Positions 32,384-40,813 of a stretch of 64,000 nucleotides of DNA are shown here, piece after piece. The first letter of the stretch is position 1. Every line of letters starts with the position of its first letter. The stretch spans positions 192,001-256,000 of the forward strand of contig BTWA01000003.1 of the NCBI GenBank assembly GCA_045863295.1. The letters run 5' to 3'. The notes below the pieces were generated by a model, which did no database searches, was not told the DNA's origin, and saw only the letters and a list, made by a program, of their open reading frames with translations. A program made the translations under genes and the position numbers. This DNA is from Candidatus Hydrogenedentota bacterium (GTDB lineage Bacteria > Hydrogenedentota > Hydrogenedentia > Hydrogenedentales > SLHB01).

Positions 32384-32723
32384 TACTCCCCTCCTTTATC
32401 CAATTCCCTAAGGATGGCGGCCAATTGCCGCACGTTTGTAGTCGCTACCTCCCAGACCAGATCAAAGTCGACGCTCAAATAGTCGTGGACTATCCGATGC
32501 CGCATGCCAACGATCTTTTTCCACGGAACATTCGGGTGCGTTTCTCTGAACGCCGTTGACAGCCGGCTTGCGGCCTCTCCTATATTCTGAATGCGATATG
32601 CCAACGCATCCCGCAAATCAACATTGGCATCGAACTCTGCCCTCGTAAGGCCGTCCACTCGTTCGGCAACATAAGTCGCAGTTTCGAGCATATTCTTAGG
32701 TATAGTTCATCACTCCGACTCAT
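32383..32723 (-). pseudogene. HepT-like (DUF86/HEPN) RNase toxin with an apparent 1-nt deletion near the 5' end
   Basis: IGEAASRL, PWKKIVGMRHRIVHDY (R-X4-H plus Y). MSRSDELYLR from ATG 32723 is out of frame with MLETA (span 341 nt). Confidence 0.75.
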
Positions 32724-33018
32724 GGCCCACCTCGTACTGAAGCACAGCAGTCCGCAATATCTCTTCCCGCAGATGGGGGTTAATGTACTTGGGATTGAGT
32801 ATCTCGACCGGATGACCGCCATAGAGGTTCGAAAGGTCTTCTTCGACGTTCACAATATCCCAGCCCGGATGATGGCCGGCGGCAAACTCGGCGAGCACAT
32901 CCACATCGCTGTCCGGCCGAAAATCGTCGCGAAGCACACTGCCAAACAGGGCAAGCCGCACGATATGATGGCGGCGGCATACGGCCGCCAAGTCTTCACG
33001 TTCTACGGCAATCTTCAT
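32710..33018 (-). CDS. MntA-like minimal nucleotidyltransferase antitoxin
   Basis: LALFGSVLRDDFRPDSDVDVL. Confidence 0.9.
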   Translation of the reverse strand: MKIAVEREDLAAVCRRHHIVRLALFGSVLRDDFRPDSDVDVLAEFAAGHHPGWDIVNVEEDLSNLYGGHPVEILNPKYINPHLREEILRTAVLQYEVGHESE

Positions 33019-33227
33019 ACGCTGCTCCGTCCATTTCCCGAGCCCGGTTGCGTCATCCAGTGCGCTGCCGTCGCAACCGGTTGAGACATGTGAAGCTCTA
33101 TGGCTTCTTGCAGGTTCGCAAGGGATTCTTCTTCTGTCTCGCCTTGGCTGGCAATTTCAATCTCGATACCTTGCGCGACAAACCATTCGCCCTCGCGCCA
33201 TACGCTCGCGGTGAAACCGTGCCTCAC
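33015..33227 (-). CDS. HicB-like antitoxin, orphan, C-terminus possibly replaced
   Basis: FTASVWREGEWFVAQ...ASQGETEEESLANLQEAIELH. Confidence 0.8.
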   Translation of the reverse strand: MRHGFTASVWREGEWFVAQGIEIEIASQGETEEESLANLQEAIELHMSQPVATAAHWMTQPGSGNGRSSV

Positions 33228-33262
33228 ACTGTCGATACCTTTTGCATTGCGGTTCCCAGCCG

Positions 33263-33348
33263 TGTTCAGCCCCTACAGGGCAAAATACTGTGTGTTGCCG
33301 AAACCCAGGGCGTTGCCCTGGGCTAACATGTTCCGGCCTTTCAGGCCT
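33263..33348 (+). repeat. REP-like three-hairpin element, same family as 15321-15411
   Basis: GCCCCTACAGGGC...ACCCAGGGCGTTGCCCTGGGCT...GGCCTTTCAGGCC. Confidence 0.8.
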
Positions 33349-33397
33349 TAAGAAACTCGCGGTTCCCTTCTCTTTCTTCGGGAGTCGATGCCTCGAA

Positions 33398-33538
33398 TTA
33401 TGCCTCTATCGCCTCCTTGATATTGGCGACAATTTCCTCGAACGTGCCACTTTGCGAGTGACACCCTTCGAGATCGGGGCACCATGCGCAGTATCCATCT
33501 TCGTCTTTCTCGACGACGACACTAACCTTGTAACGCAT
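33398..33538 (-). pseudogene. Second HicB-like antitoxin, truncated by a premature stop
   Basis: MRYKVSVVVEKDEDGYCAWCPDLEGCHSQSGTFEEIVANIKEAIEA then TAA, followed by FEASTPEERE, where HicB proteins usually continue ..AIE.YLE. Confidence 0.7.
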
Positions 33539-33555
33539 GATCCACTCCTCCGGCG

Positions 33556-33591
33556 CACCCCCAAGCCGGCTTGACCGCCGGCTTGGGGGTG
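33556..33591. repeat. Strong hairpin (REP-like element or transcript stabiliser)
   Basis: CACCCCCAAGCCGGC-TTGACC-GCCGGCTTGGGGGTG, 15-bp perfect stem. Confidence 0.7.
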
Positions 33592-33601
33592 GCACACGGC
33601 A

Positions 33602-34843
33602 TTATTTCTTGTGATCGCCGACTTTCGGCAGGTTCTTGTGGACGTGGGGGCCGAAGTAGCGGAGCAATACCAGCGGGCATTCCTTCGCCAGATTCTCGAC
33701 CACATACCCTTCCTGCGCGCGCTTCTCGGTGATGAAGACTTCGTCCTCAGTCATCTCGCCGAAGCGAATCATGGCCGGGCATTCGAGCGGCAGATTCCCG
33801 ATGCGGCCGCGGCCCTGCATGGTGATCACGCCGGAGGCGCCGGCATCTTTTATGGTCGCCTTTGCGCCCGGTGCAACCGTCAACTCTTTCGCACTGAAAA
33901 GCTGATCGCCTTTCACTGTGCCATAGACCACCCAGCGATCGACATAACCTTCGCTTTCGGTGTTGCCATCGGCAATGGGTTCGAGGTAATGCGCGTCTTT
34001 GAAGTGATCGTTGACGTTTGCATCCCAGTCCAACTGGTTCACGATGTATTCGAGGTCATCGTGTTTGTCGGCGGGGATGTCCTTCACCAAGAGGTGACGC
34101 CACACTTCGCGGCCTTCCACCAAGGACTGGAACATGGAGAACACATCGCTGCCCCACTGCGGTTCGTAGGTCACGAGCGAACCCGGCGCGTGCAAAATAC
34201 ACGGCGGCACCAGCCAGCCCGTGCCCGGCTTCAAGCGATACGCCTTCGAATAATCGAGGATGCCATTGTCGCCCGCATTCCATTTCGCGAGGCAGTCGAT
34301 CACATTCTGCTTGGTCGTGCCCGGCTCGAGGCCGAAGAACGTATACGGAAAGTTGTTGCCGATGGCGTTGAGTTGCGGCGGAAAGTAATAGGATTCCGGT
34401 TTGCCTTCGCGTCCGAGCAAAGCGGCCTGTTCGGCGCTTTGGTGATGGTGGTGCGGTATCGGGCCCATGTTGTCGAAGAATTTCGAATACACCGGCCAGC
34501 GTTTGTATTTGTTCCAGATGGCGTCGCCAATGATCTCCGCGCCCAGCGAGGCAACCGCATCGCGCAACGTGAACCGTTTGCCGCCGCTGACCACATAGCT
34601 GAGGCCTTCGTCCGGGGCCGCGCCTTCGTTGTCAGCCGCGGTGGTGGACGCAAACCAGCGCTCGTCGATGCCGCCCCGGTGTTTGCCGTAGGCATAGTAA
34701 TCCTCGGGATGCAGTTTGATGCGTTTGCCCGGCTGCAGGAACGAGCGCGGCACCCACGTGGGCGACAACCGCAGAATCCCCTCCCCCGCCGCCAATGCCT
34801 CCTTTGCCGCCTTCAATACCGCGTCGCCCGTCAACGTATCCAT
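33602..34843 (-). CDS. Cupin-fold, class I mannose-6-phosphate isomerase-like protein
   Basis: IDERW, KFFD..PIPHHHHQ, GKPESYY, LHAPG, EPQ..SD metal-ligand pattern. Confidence 0.7.
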   Translation of the reverse strand: MDTLTGDAVLKAAKEALAAGEGILRLSPTWVPRSFLQPGKRIKLHPEDYYAYGKHRGGIDERWFASTTAADNEGAAPDEGLSYVVSGGKRFTLRDAVASLGAEIIGDAIWNKYKRWPVYSKFFDNMGPIPHHHHQSAEQAALLGREGKPESYYFPPQLNAIGNNFPYTFFGLEPGTTKQNVIDCLAKWNAGDNGILDYSKAYRLKPGTGWLVPPCILHAPGSLVTYEPQWGSDVFSMFQSLVEGREVWRHLLVKDIPADKHDDLEYIVNQLDWDANVNDHFKDAHYLEPIADGNTESEGYVDRWVVYGTVKGDQLFSAKELTVAPGAKATIKDAGASGVITMQGRGRIGNLPLECPAMIRFGEMTEDEVFITEKRAQEGYVVENLAKECPLVLLRYFGPHVHKNLPKVGDHKK

Positions 34844-35088
34844 GAATGACTCCCCTTGTAATGCGTGTACCGGCCGGGCCGGATGTCCCTCGGAGTGGGT
34901 CCGCCGCCCCCGAAGATGAATCGTGTGGGCGCGAACACCACTTTTATAACACGACGGAACCAGCGAGACAATCGGGCGAGGGAATTGCGATTCGTTGCTT
35001 CTCGCGCACCCTAAACCCGGATTTGCCTTTCCGTCCATCCCACGGCGATAATCCCGCCCTCCAACGGGAGCCAAAGGGGGAACCCATC

Positions 35089-36237
35089 ATGCACAGGCTG
35101 GCCTGTCTGTTTGCTGTTTGTCTGGGAGCGTGTTTCGCCGTCGCACAAGACGCGCAGCCGCCCATCGCCAAACTCGATCCCAATATGGCGATCAAAGACG
35201 CCGAAGAGGGCGTCCTCTGGTACGATATTCTCCGTCTGGACCTCGAAGGCCGCGCGTGGAGCGACGTGGAAACTCCGTATGATCGGCTACCGGCGCGCGT
35301 AAAGGATACGGTGCGAAAATCCGTCTGGCGTTTATCGACGCATAGCGCGGGGATGTACGTCCGGTTCGTGACCGACGCCACGCAGATCTCCGCCCGTTGG
35401 ACGTTGCGCCACGAAGAACTGGCCATGGATCATATGCCGGCCACCGGTGTGAGCGGCCTTGATTTATACATGCGAGACGGCGACACGTGGCGATGGATCG
35501 CCGTCGGCCGCCCGAAGGAAACTCCTGCGAACAAAGTAAAGCTGTTGGAAGGGCTTCCCGCGGGCACGCGCGAATTTATGTTGTATCTCCCGTTGTACAA
35601 CGGCGTCGCGTCCGTGGAACTGGGCATCGCGGAAGGCACGTTTATTGCCAAGGCGCCTTCCTGGCCAACCGCCAACGTCCGACCCATCGTCTTTTACGGC
35701 ACGTCCATCACTCAAGGCGGCTGCGCATCGCGACCCGGCATGGCCTATCCCGCTATTCTCAGCCGGACCTTGCAGCGGCCCGCCATCAATCTTGGATTTT
35801 CCGGCAACGGAAAGATGGATCCGGAGATCGCCGACATCCTCTGCGAACTGGATCCTGCTGTCTACGTCATCGACTGCACCCCGAACATGGATCCCGAGGA
35901 AATTACCGAGCGCACCGTGCCGCTGGTGAAGAAACTGCGCGCCGCGAGGCCGGATACCCCCATCGTGCTGGTGGAATGCATCACGCCGCAAAACGCCTGG
36001 GCCCTGCGCCCTCGCGCCGAATTCGTCAATCCAAAAAACGACGCACTCAAAGCGGAATACGAAAAACTGATGGCGGAACAGACCCCGGGGCTGCATTACG
36101 TGCCCGGCAATACACTTCTGGGACCCGAGGGGGAGACGGAATCAACGGTGGACGGGGTCCATCCGACCGATGTGGGATTCCGGTATTACGCGTTGGCCTT
36201 GGAACCGTTGCTCAGGTCTTTGACGGCTACGCCTTAA
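35089..36237 (+). CDS. SGNH/GDSL hydrolase with GxDLY N-terminal domain, secreted
   Basis: GLDLY, YLPLYN, YGTSITQG, NLGFSG, DGVHP. Confidence 0.9.
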   Translation: MHRLACLFAVCLGACFAVAQDAQPPIAKLDPNMAIKDAEEGVLWYDILRLDLEGRAWSDVETPYDRLPARVKDTVRKSVWRLSTHSAGMYVRFVTDATQISARWTLRHEELAMDHMPATGVSGLDLYMRDGDTWRWIAVGRPKETPANKVKLLEGLPAGTREFMLYLPLYNGVASVELGIAEGTFIAKAPSWPTANVRPIVFYGTSITQGGCASRPGMAYPAILSRTLQRPAINLGFSGNGKMDPEIADILCELDPAVYVIDCTPNMDPEEITERTVPLVKKLRAARPDTPIVLVECITPQNAWALRPRAEFVNPKNDALKAEYEKLMAEQTPGLHYVPGNTLLGPEGETESTVDGVHPTDVGFRYYALALEPLLRSLTATP

Positions 36238-36520
36238 TCGATGACCGGCCGGCGAAACCCTGACACTTCCCGTTTTTAAGCGCGGAGTATGCGGTTTTCG
36301 GCTTACATGTGCCTCTTTGGAACTTTTTCTTGCCACAAAACACCCTTTTCATGGTATTATTTCTTCAGGTGCAAATAGAGGGTGATGGGCGTTGGGGTTG
36401 CATCGTTCGTAATTTGGTTTCTGTACTGCTTCACCATCCTCGTCAATGAAATCTCTGTGTCTCAAGCAAAATGGGCGCGGCTCATGAGTCGAATTCGCGT
36501 CAAGGGAAGGAGCTATCGAC

Positions 36521-37609
36521 ATGTCGAGTAAATGGTTGCCTTTGGCATCCGCGGCGCTGTTATTGACAGCGGCCGGCTGCCAGACGGTAGGCCGGGGTTT
36601 GCACACCGTGCCGACCGCGCGTGATTACAGTCAATTGGAAAAAGTGGACTCGAAAGACGTCGAGGGCATTGTTTCCAAGGCCCACCAGACCGGGGCGCAA
36701 CACTACAGCCCCTACGAGTATTTTTCGGCGGCCGCATATCTGAACGAAGCGATCGAATCGCGGCATGAAGGCGATCAGCGCGGCATGTGGGATTACAGCG
36801 CGCTGGCCCGCGACATGGGCGAAGCCTCCATGCAAAAGGGCGGCATTCCGGAAAAGCCCTTCATCGTCATGCCGAAGAACGTCGACGGCGCAAAGGCCGA
36901 ATTCGAACGCGTGAAGGCCCTGTGGGCCGGGTTGGACAAAGAGAAGGCGATTCAAGTGTCGCCCGTGCTCTATGCCCATGCCACCACGGCGCTGAGCTTT
37001 GCCGAACACGAAATTACGGAACGGTTCGACTATCCCGAGGGCATTCGCGATCTGCGTACGGTGGAAGCCGACGTGGACACCATCTGGGCGCAAGACGTGG
37101 ACGGTGACGGCATCGTCGACATGAAAGACGGCGCTCCATGGGCGCCCGAAGACAAAGACGGCTTTGAAGACGAGGACGGCGTGCCGGATCCGGACAACGA
37201 TCAAGACGGCATCCTGGATCCCAACGACCTCGCGCCGAACGATCCGGAAACCAAGAACCGGTGGCATGATTACGACGGCGTGCCGGACAGCTACCCCGCG
37301 TTGGAGTCCATCTTTTTCTCGTCGGGCAGCTCGGCCATCACGGCGGACGCACGCGGTTACCTGCGCGCGCTCATCATCATCCTGAACGAATGGCCGGAGT
37401 TGAAGCTCGGCGTGCACGGCCACACCGACGAAGTGGCCTCGAACGAGTTCAACTTGAAGCTCTCGCAGCGCCGCGCGGAAGCCGTGCAGAAGTACTTGCT
37501 TGAGCATGGCGCGCCCGGCGACCGCCTGGTGTTGCGCTTCCACGGCGAAGAGCAGCCCGCGGGCCAAAGCCTGGCCAAGAACCGCCGCGTGGATCTCGCA
37601 TTCGAGTAA
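36521..37609 (+). CDS. OmpA-family lipoprotein with Asp-rich thrombospondin type 3-like Ca-binding repeats
   Basis: Lipobox AAGC; DVDGDGIVD, EDKDGFEDEDGVPD, DNDQDGILD; GHTD..NLKLSQRRAEAV..NRRV. Confidence 0.9.
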   Translation: MSSKWLPLASAALLLTAAGCQTVGRGLHTVPTARDYSQLEKVDSKDVEGIVSKAHQTGAQHYSPYEYFSAAAYLNEAIESRHEGDQRGMWDYSALARDMGEASMQKGGIPEKPFIVMPKNVDGAKAEFERVKALWAGLDKEKAIQVSPVLYAHATTALSFAEHEITERFDYPEGIRDLRTVEADVDTIWAQDVDGDGIVDMKDGAPWAPEDKDGFEDEDGVPDPDNDQDGILDPNDLAPNDPETKNRWHDYDGVPDSYPALESIFFSSGSSAITADARGYLRALIIILNEWPELKLGVHGHTDEVASNEFNLKLSQRRAEAVQKYLLEHGAPGDRLVLRFHGEEQPAGQSLAKNRRVDLAFE

Positions 37610-37636
37610 CCGCGGTCATTCCGTAAACACACGGTG

Positions 37637-37672
37637 CGGGGCGGCTCCTGTTGGAGCCGCCCCGTTTTTTTT
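37637..37672 (+). terminator. Intrinsic terminator after the OmpA-family gene
   Basis: CGGGGCGGCTCC-TGTT-GGAGCCGCCCCG followed by a T-run. Confidence 0.85.
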
Positions 37673-37718
37673 GTGATCGCGATGCGCGCGCTAATCCGGC
37701 AGCGGTCTCCGCGGGCAC

Positions 37719-37757
37719 AAAAAAGCGTGCGCACCGCCGCATGGCCGGTGCGCACGC
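37719..37757 (-). terminator. Intrinsic terminator after the 33-aa peptide gene
   Basis: Minus strand GCGTGCGCACC-loop-GGTGCGCACGC followed by TTTTTT. Confidence 0.8.
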
Positions 37758-37779
37758 AATGTCGCGTCAGCGATTTGCC

Positions 37780-37881
37780 TCAGACCGGAATAAACGATCC
37801 AAGCAAACCGGTGAAAAGACCGAGTACCAAGTTGATGATGAAGCTAAACAGACCCTGTAACAACGAAAGCAGGCTGGGCAT
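37780..37881 (-). CDS. 33-aa uncharged Leu-rich amphipathic peptide MPSLLSLLQGLFSFIINLVLGLFTGLLGSFIPV
   Basis: Below the ORF-track cutoff. GGGAGGA RBS 7 nt before ATG and its own terminator about 20 nt after TGA. Confidence 0.7.
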   Translation of the reverse strand: MPSLLSLLQGLFSFIINLVLGLFTGLLGSFIPV

Positions 37882-38130
37882 GTCTTGATCCTCCCGAATG
37901 TCCCTAAGCGCGTTAGGGATGGCCTAGTGCGCACCACGATGGCCGGCACACCCCGTGTGAACCGGCACTTGCAATACCCATGGTTCCGGTAACCGTTACC
38001 GCAGGGCAACCACGGTCCATTGTGACACAGGTTTCCTCATCGCGCAATGCAAACCGGGCCGCACGAAACGGTAACAGAGTTCTAACAACAAGAATTGTGA
38101 TGTAGACAGGGCAAAAAGACGGGAAAAAGA

Positions 38131-38217
38131 TGGTGCGCGGAGGGAGACTCGAACTCCCATCCCCTTTCGAGGACCAGATCCTTAGTCTGGCGCGTCTGCC
38201 AGTTCCGCCATCCGCGC
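38131..38217 (-). tRNA. tRNA-Leu, anticodon AAG
   Basis: GCGCGGATGGCGGAACTGGCAGACGCG-CCAGA-CTAAGGA-TCTGG-TCCTCGAAAGGGGAT-GGGAGTTCGAGTCTCCC-TCCGCGCACCA: 87 nt, long variable arm, A73, encoded CCA, anticodon at 38183-38181. Confidence 0.93.
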
Positions 38218-38227
38218 ACACCCGCAT

Positions 38228-38257
38228 AGTGTAGCGAATAAACGCGGGATGGTGCAA
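38228..38257 (-). promoter_or_regulatory. Sigma-70 promoter of the tRNA
   Basis: TTGCAC-18nt-TACACT ending 10 nt before the tRNA 5' end. Confidence 0.6.
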
Positions 38258-38328
38258 GAAATTGCGCGATATTGGGCACTCCGCGCCGATGCGCATGCAT
38301 CCTGGCTCGTCACACGACCGCACAAAAT

Positions 38329-40158
38329 TCAGCGCGAATCCACACTTTGCCCGGACAACGCCTCAATGCGATCCGCCAGACCCGGGGCCGCATTCGGATC
38401 GAGTTCGGCGGCCTGCTTGTAGAACTCCAGAGCCTTGTGCGAATCTTTGCGCAGTTCGCTCAGGATGCCAAGGTTTACGAGGGCTCGCGCGTCTCGGGGG
38501 TCTTCTTCCAATGCGCGCTCAAAATACTTCTCCGCAAGGCCATACTCCGCCGCATCGCGAAACGCCACCCCCATGAGGTTCCTCATGTCCGGCCCGGGAT
38601 CGGTAATTTGATCGAACGCTTCATCCGCACGATCGAATTGGCGCATCGCCACATACGCGCCGCCCAACAGGAACCGCGCATCGGCGTTCTTGGGATCCAG
38701 ATCCACGGCCTTTTTTGCCATAGCTGTTGCTTCGTCCATGCGGCCCAGATTTCCCAGACAGGTGGCTGCTTTGATGTAGTACACCGGCTTGGGATGTATT
38801 TCCGACGCGGCCTGCAACGCGTCCACCGCCTCCGCAAAGCGTCCATGTGCGATTAAGTGTTCACCCAAAAAGAAAAGCGCGTGATCGTTTCCGGGCCGGG
38901 ACTGGATGGCGCGTTTCCATAGGGTCTCCGCGTTTGTCCAATAGCCGATCTCGATCCACGTCGCTGTAATCATTACGACGGCCAGCACCGGCGCGGCCGC
39001 CGCGGCCGCAAGCCTGGCCTTCGGAAATGCGCGCACCACATCACGCACGCCCCAGGCGAATACCATGAAAAGGCCTATTGAGGGCACGTACATCCATCGA
39101 TCCGCCATGGCCTGGCCGCCAACCTGACCCAGTATCCCGATCACGGGCAGCAGCGCCACAAGGTACCAACCCCAGCCGTTGGCCACGTACGGACGGCGGC
39201 GAAAAGTCCAGACAGCGGCCGCCGTTACCAACAGGATTAACCCCACGTCGATCACGGTGCGCGTCACGGGAATGCCTAGTGGATAGGGATAGTGAGCGGC
39301 GAGATTACTCGGCCACACAAGGTTCCACACATACATGACATAGGCGTCGGCGGCGGCCTGCAGGCGCTGAAGGGCATTCGTCCGTTCGCCAAACGTCACG
39401 TCGCCCGAATACGCGTGCACGGCGTACGTGATCACGGACCACACCAGACTGACGGCCCATAGCGGTGTCTTTTCCACCACGACGCGTCGCCATGAACCAC
39501 GATCCCACACGTTCAAACGGTTCAGCGGCCACACGTCTATAATCACAAGAAGCATGGGCAGCGTCACGACGGTAGGCTTCGCAAGCAGTCCCATGACAAA
39601 CCAGACCATTACCCCAATCATGTCGCGCCGGTTGGGACGCGCTGCGTAGCGCGTGTAGAACACGATCGCGATCAAAATGAATAGTGTGCTGAGCACGTCC
39701 TTGCGCGAGGCCACGAACGCGACCGCCTGAACCTGCACCGGATGTATGGCGAAGAGAACGGCCACCGCCGCGCTGCACATGCGCTCCCCGGTGAGGCGGA
39801 ACAGAACAAGAAACACAAGCGCGGCGTTCACCGCATGAATCAGGACACTGGTCGCGTGATGACCGATCGGCGCCAATCCAAACAGGGACACATCGGCCAT
39901 ATGCGACAGCAACGTCAACGGCTGCCAATTGTGAAAGACGATTTGCGTGAATGCGCCCGCAAACCCCGCCCACGTTAGCCCTCCCTGCACCAGGGCGTTG
40001 CCGGTCACATACTCGGTATCGTCGTAGGGTTCGATGAATCCGTTGAACAGGGCGCGGGAAAAAACGACCGCAACCACGAGCCCTATTGCGGCGGCAATTG
40101 CTGCTGGCTGGGTCAGGGGTGATGCCGGATTGGGTTTTTGATGCTGCTGGGCACACAT
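38329..40158 (-). CDS. GT-C-fold membrane protein with C-terminal TPRs (TMTC-like putative protein glycosyltransferase)
   Basis: YDD after TM1, WQPLT.LS, LFAIHPVQV.AV..V..RKD, AK, ADRWMY, W.N..TLW, followed by TPRs. Confidence 0.85.
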   Translation of the reverse strand: MCAQQHQKPNPASPLTQPAAIAAAIGLVVAVVFSRALFNGFIEPYDDTEYVTGNALVQGGLTWAGFAGAFTQIVFHNWQPLTLLSHMADVSLFGLAPIGHHATSVLIHAVNAALVFLVLFRLTGERMCSAAVAVLFAIHPVQVQAVAFVASRKDVLSTLFILIAIVFYTRYAARPNRRDMIGVMVWFVMGLLAKPTVVTLPMLLVIIDVWPLNRLNVWDRGSWRRVVVEKTPLWAVSLVWSVITYAVHAYSGDVTFGERTNALQRLQAAADAYVMYVWNLVWPSNLAAHYPYPLGIPVTRTVIDVGLILLVTAAAVWTFRRRPYVANGWGWYLVALLPVIGILGQVGGQAMADRWMYVPSIGLFMVFAWGVRDVVRAFPKARLAAAAAAPVLAVVMITATWIEIGYWTNAETLWKRAIQSRPGNDHALFFLGEHLIAHGRFAEAVDALQAASEIHPKPVYYIKAATCLGNLGRMDEATAMAKKAVDLDPKNADARFLLGGAYVAMRQFDRADEAFDQITDPGPDMRNLMGVAFRDAAEYGLAEKYFERALEEDPRDARALVNLGILSELRKDSHKALEFYKQAAELDPNAAPGLADRIEALSGQSVDSR

Positions 40159-40468
40159 ACAACTCGCCTCTTGGATTCGGGGTTTCCTGTGCTCGGGCCA
40201 CAGGTGCCGGAACTGGCGCGAGCCGGTACAGTACCGCACATAGTGCCATAGCCGGGAAATCTGCTGGAAACCAGTCGCCGCTACCGCCTATTGTCAATAG
40301 ATTTCCAATCTCAACTGTATACCCTGTATCACTTTTTGACACGAAGTCAACACCCCCGTGTTGCAATGGCAACCAAGGTGACACCCTTTTGCCGGGCCCC
40401 GGAATTGACTGGGTGGAGCATGCGTTTCAGGCCGGCTCAACGTGTGTCGTGGGGTCGCCCGAGGCGGA

Positions 40469-40511
40469 CCTGAAATTCCGTATTGACAAGAATTTCAGGC
40501 TCGTGTAGAGT
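40469..40511 (+). promoter_or_regulatory. Sigma-70 promoter with an inverted-repeat operator framing the -35 box
   Basis: TTGACA(40483)-17nt-TAGAGT; CCTGAAATTC-N11-GAATTTCAGG. Confidence 0.65.
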
Positions 40512-40813
40512 GGGCTTTACCGTGAGGAGTGGCCTTCCTCGGGTAATGGCTACTGGCGCAAGCTCTCTGGATTCTGTTCGGGCAAAGGGAGGGTCAAGGG
40601 CTTATTCATTCAGCACCGTTTCGAGACCGATGCTATTTCGGTCGAATCCTGTGTTCATTCTCTGGACAGGGAAAGCAAACAGGCTGCTGCAAGGGCGATG
40701 GTGAAGGTGAATGCGTTTTTTTTATAACATACATACACCGTATCGCCTGAGCAAAAGCCTCCTCGATCCCACGGCCATAGTGGCCTTGGGAATCACCAAG
40801 GAGACAGTCTCAC

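Noticed and set aside
36385..36531. 48-aa ORF (MGVGVASFVIWFLY...) overlapping the start of the OmpA-family gene
   Set aside because: RBS spacing is poor, codon usage is atypical and nothing independent supports it; more likely 5' UTR
37760..38130. Prophage or island integrated at the tRNA
   Set aside because: No integrase, and I saw no duplicate of the tRNA 3' end in the window
40540..40660. Glycine or c-di-GMP riboswitch
   Set aside because: Only short partial matches (GGCGCAAG..CTCT, GGGCAAA); the required stems could not be built
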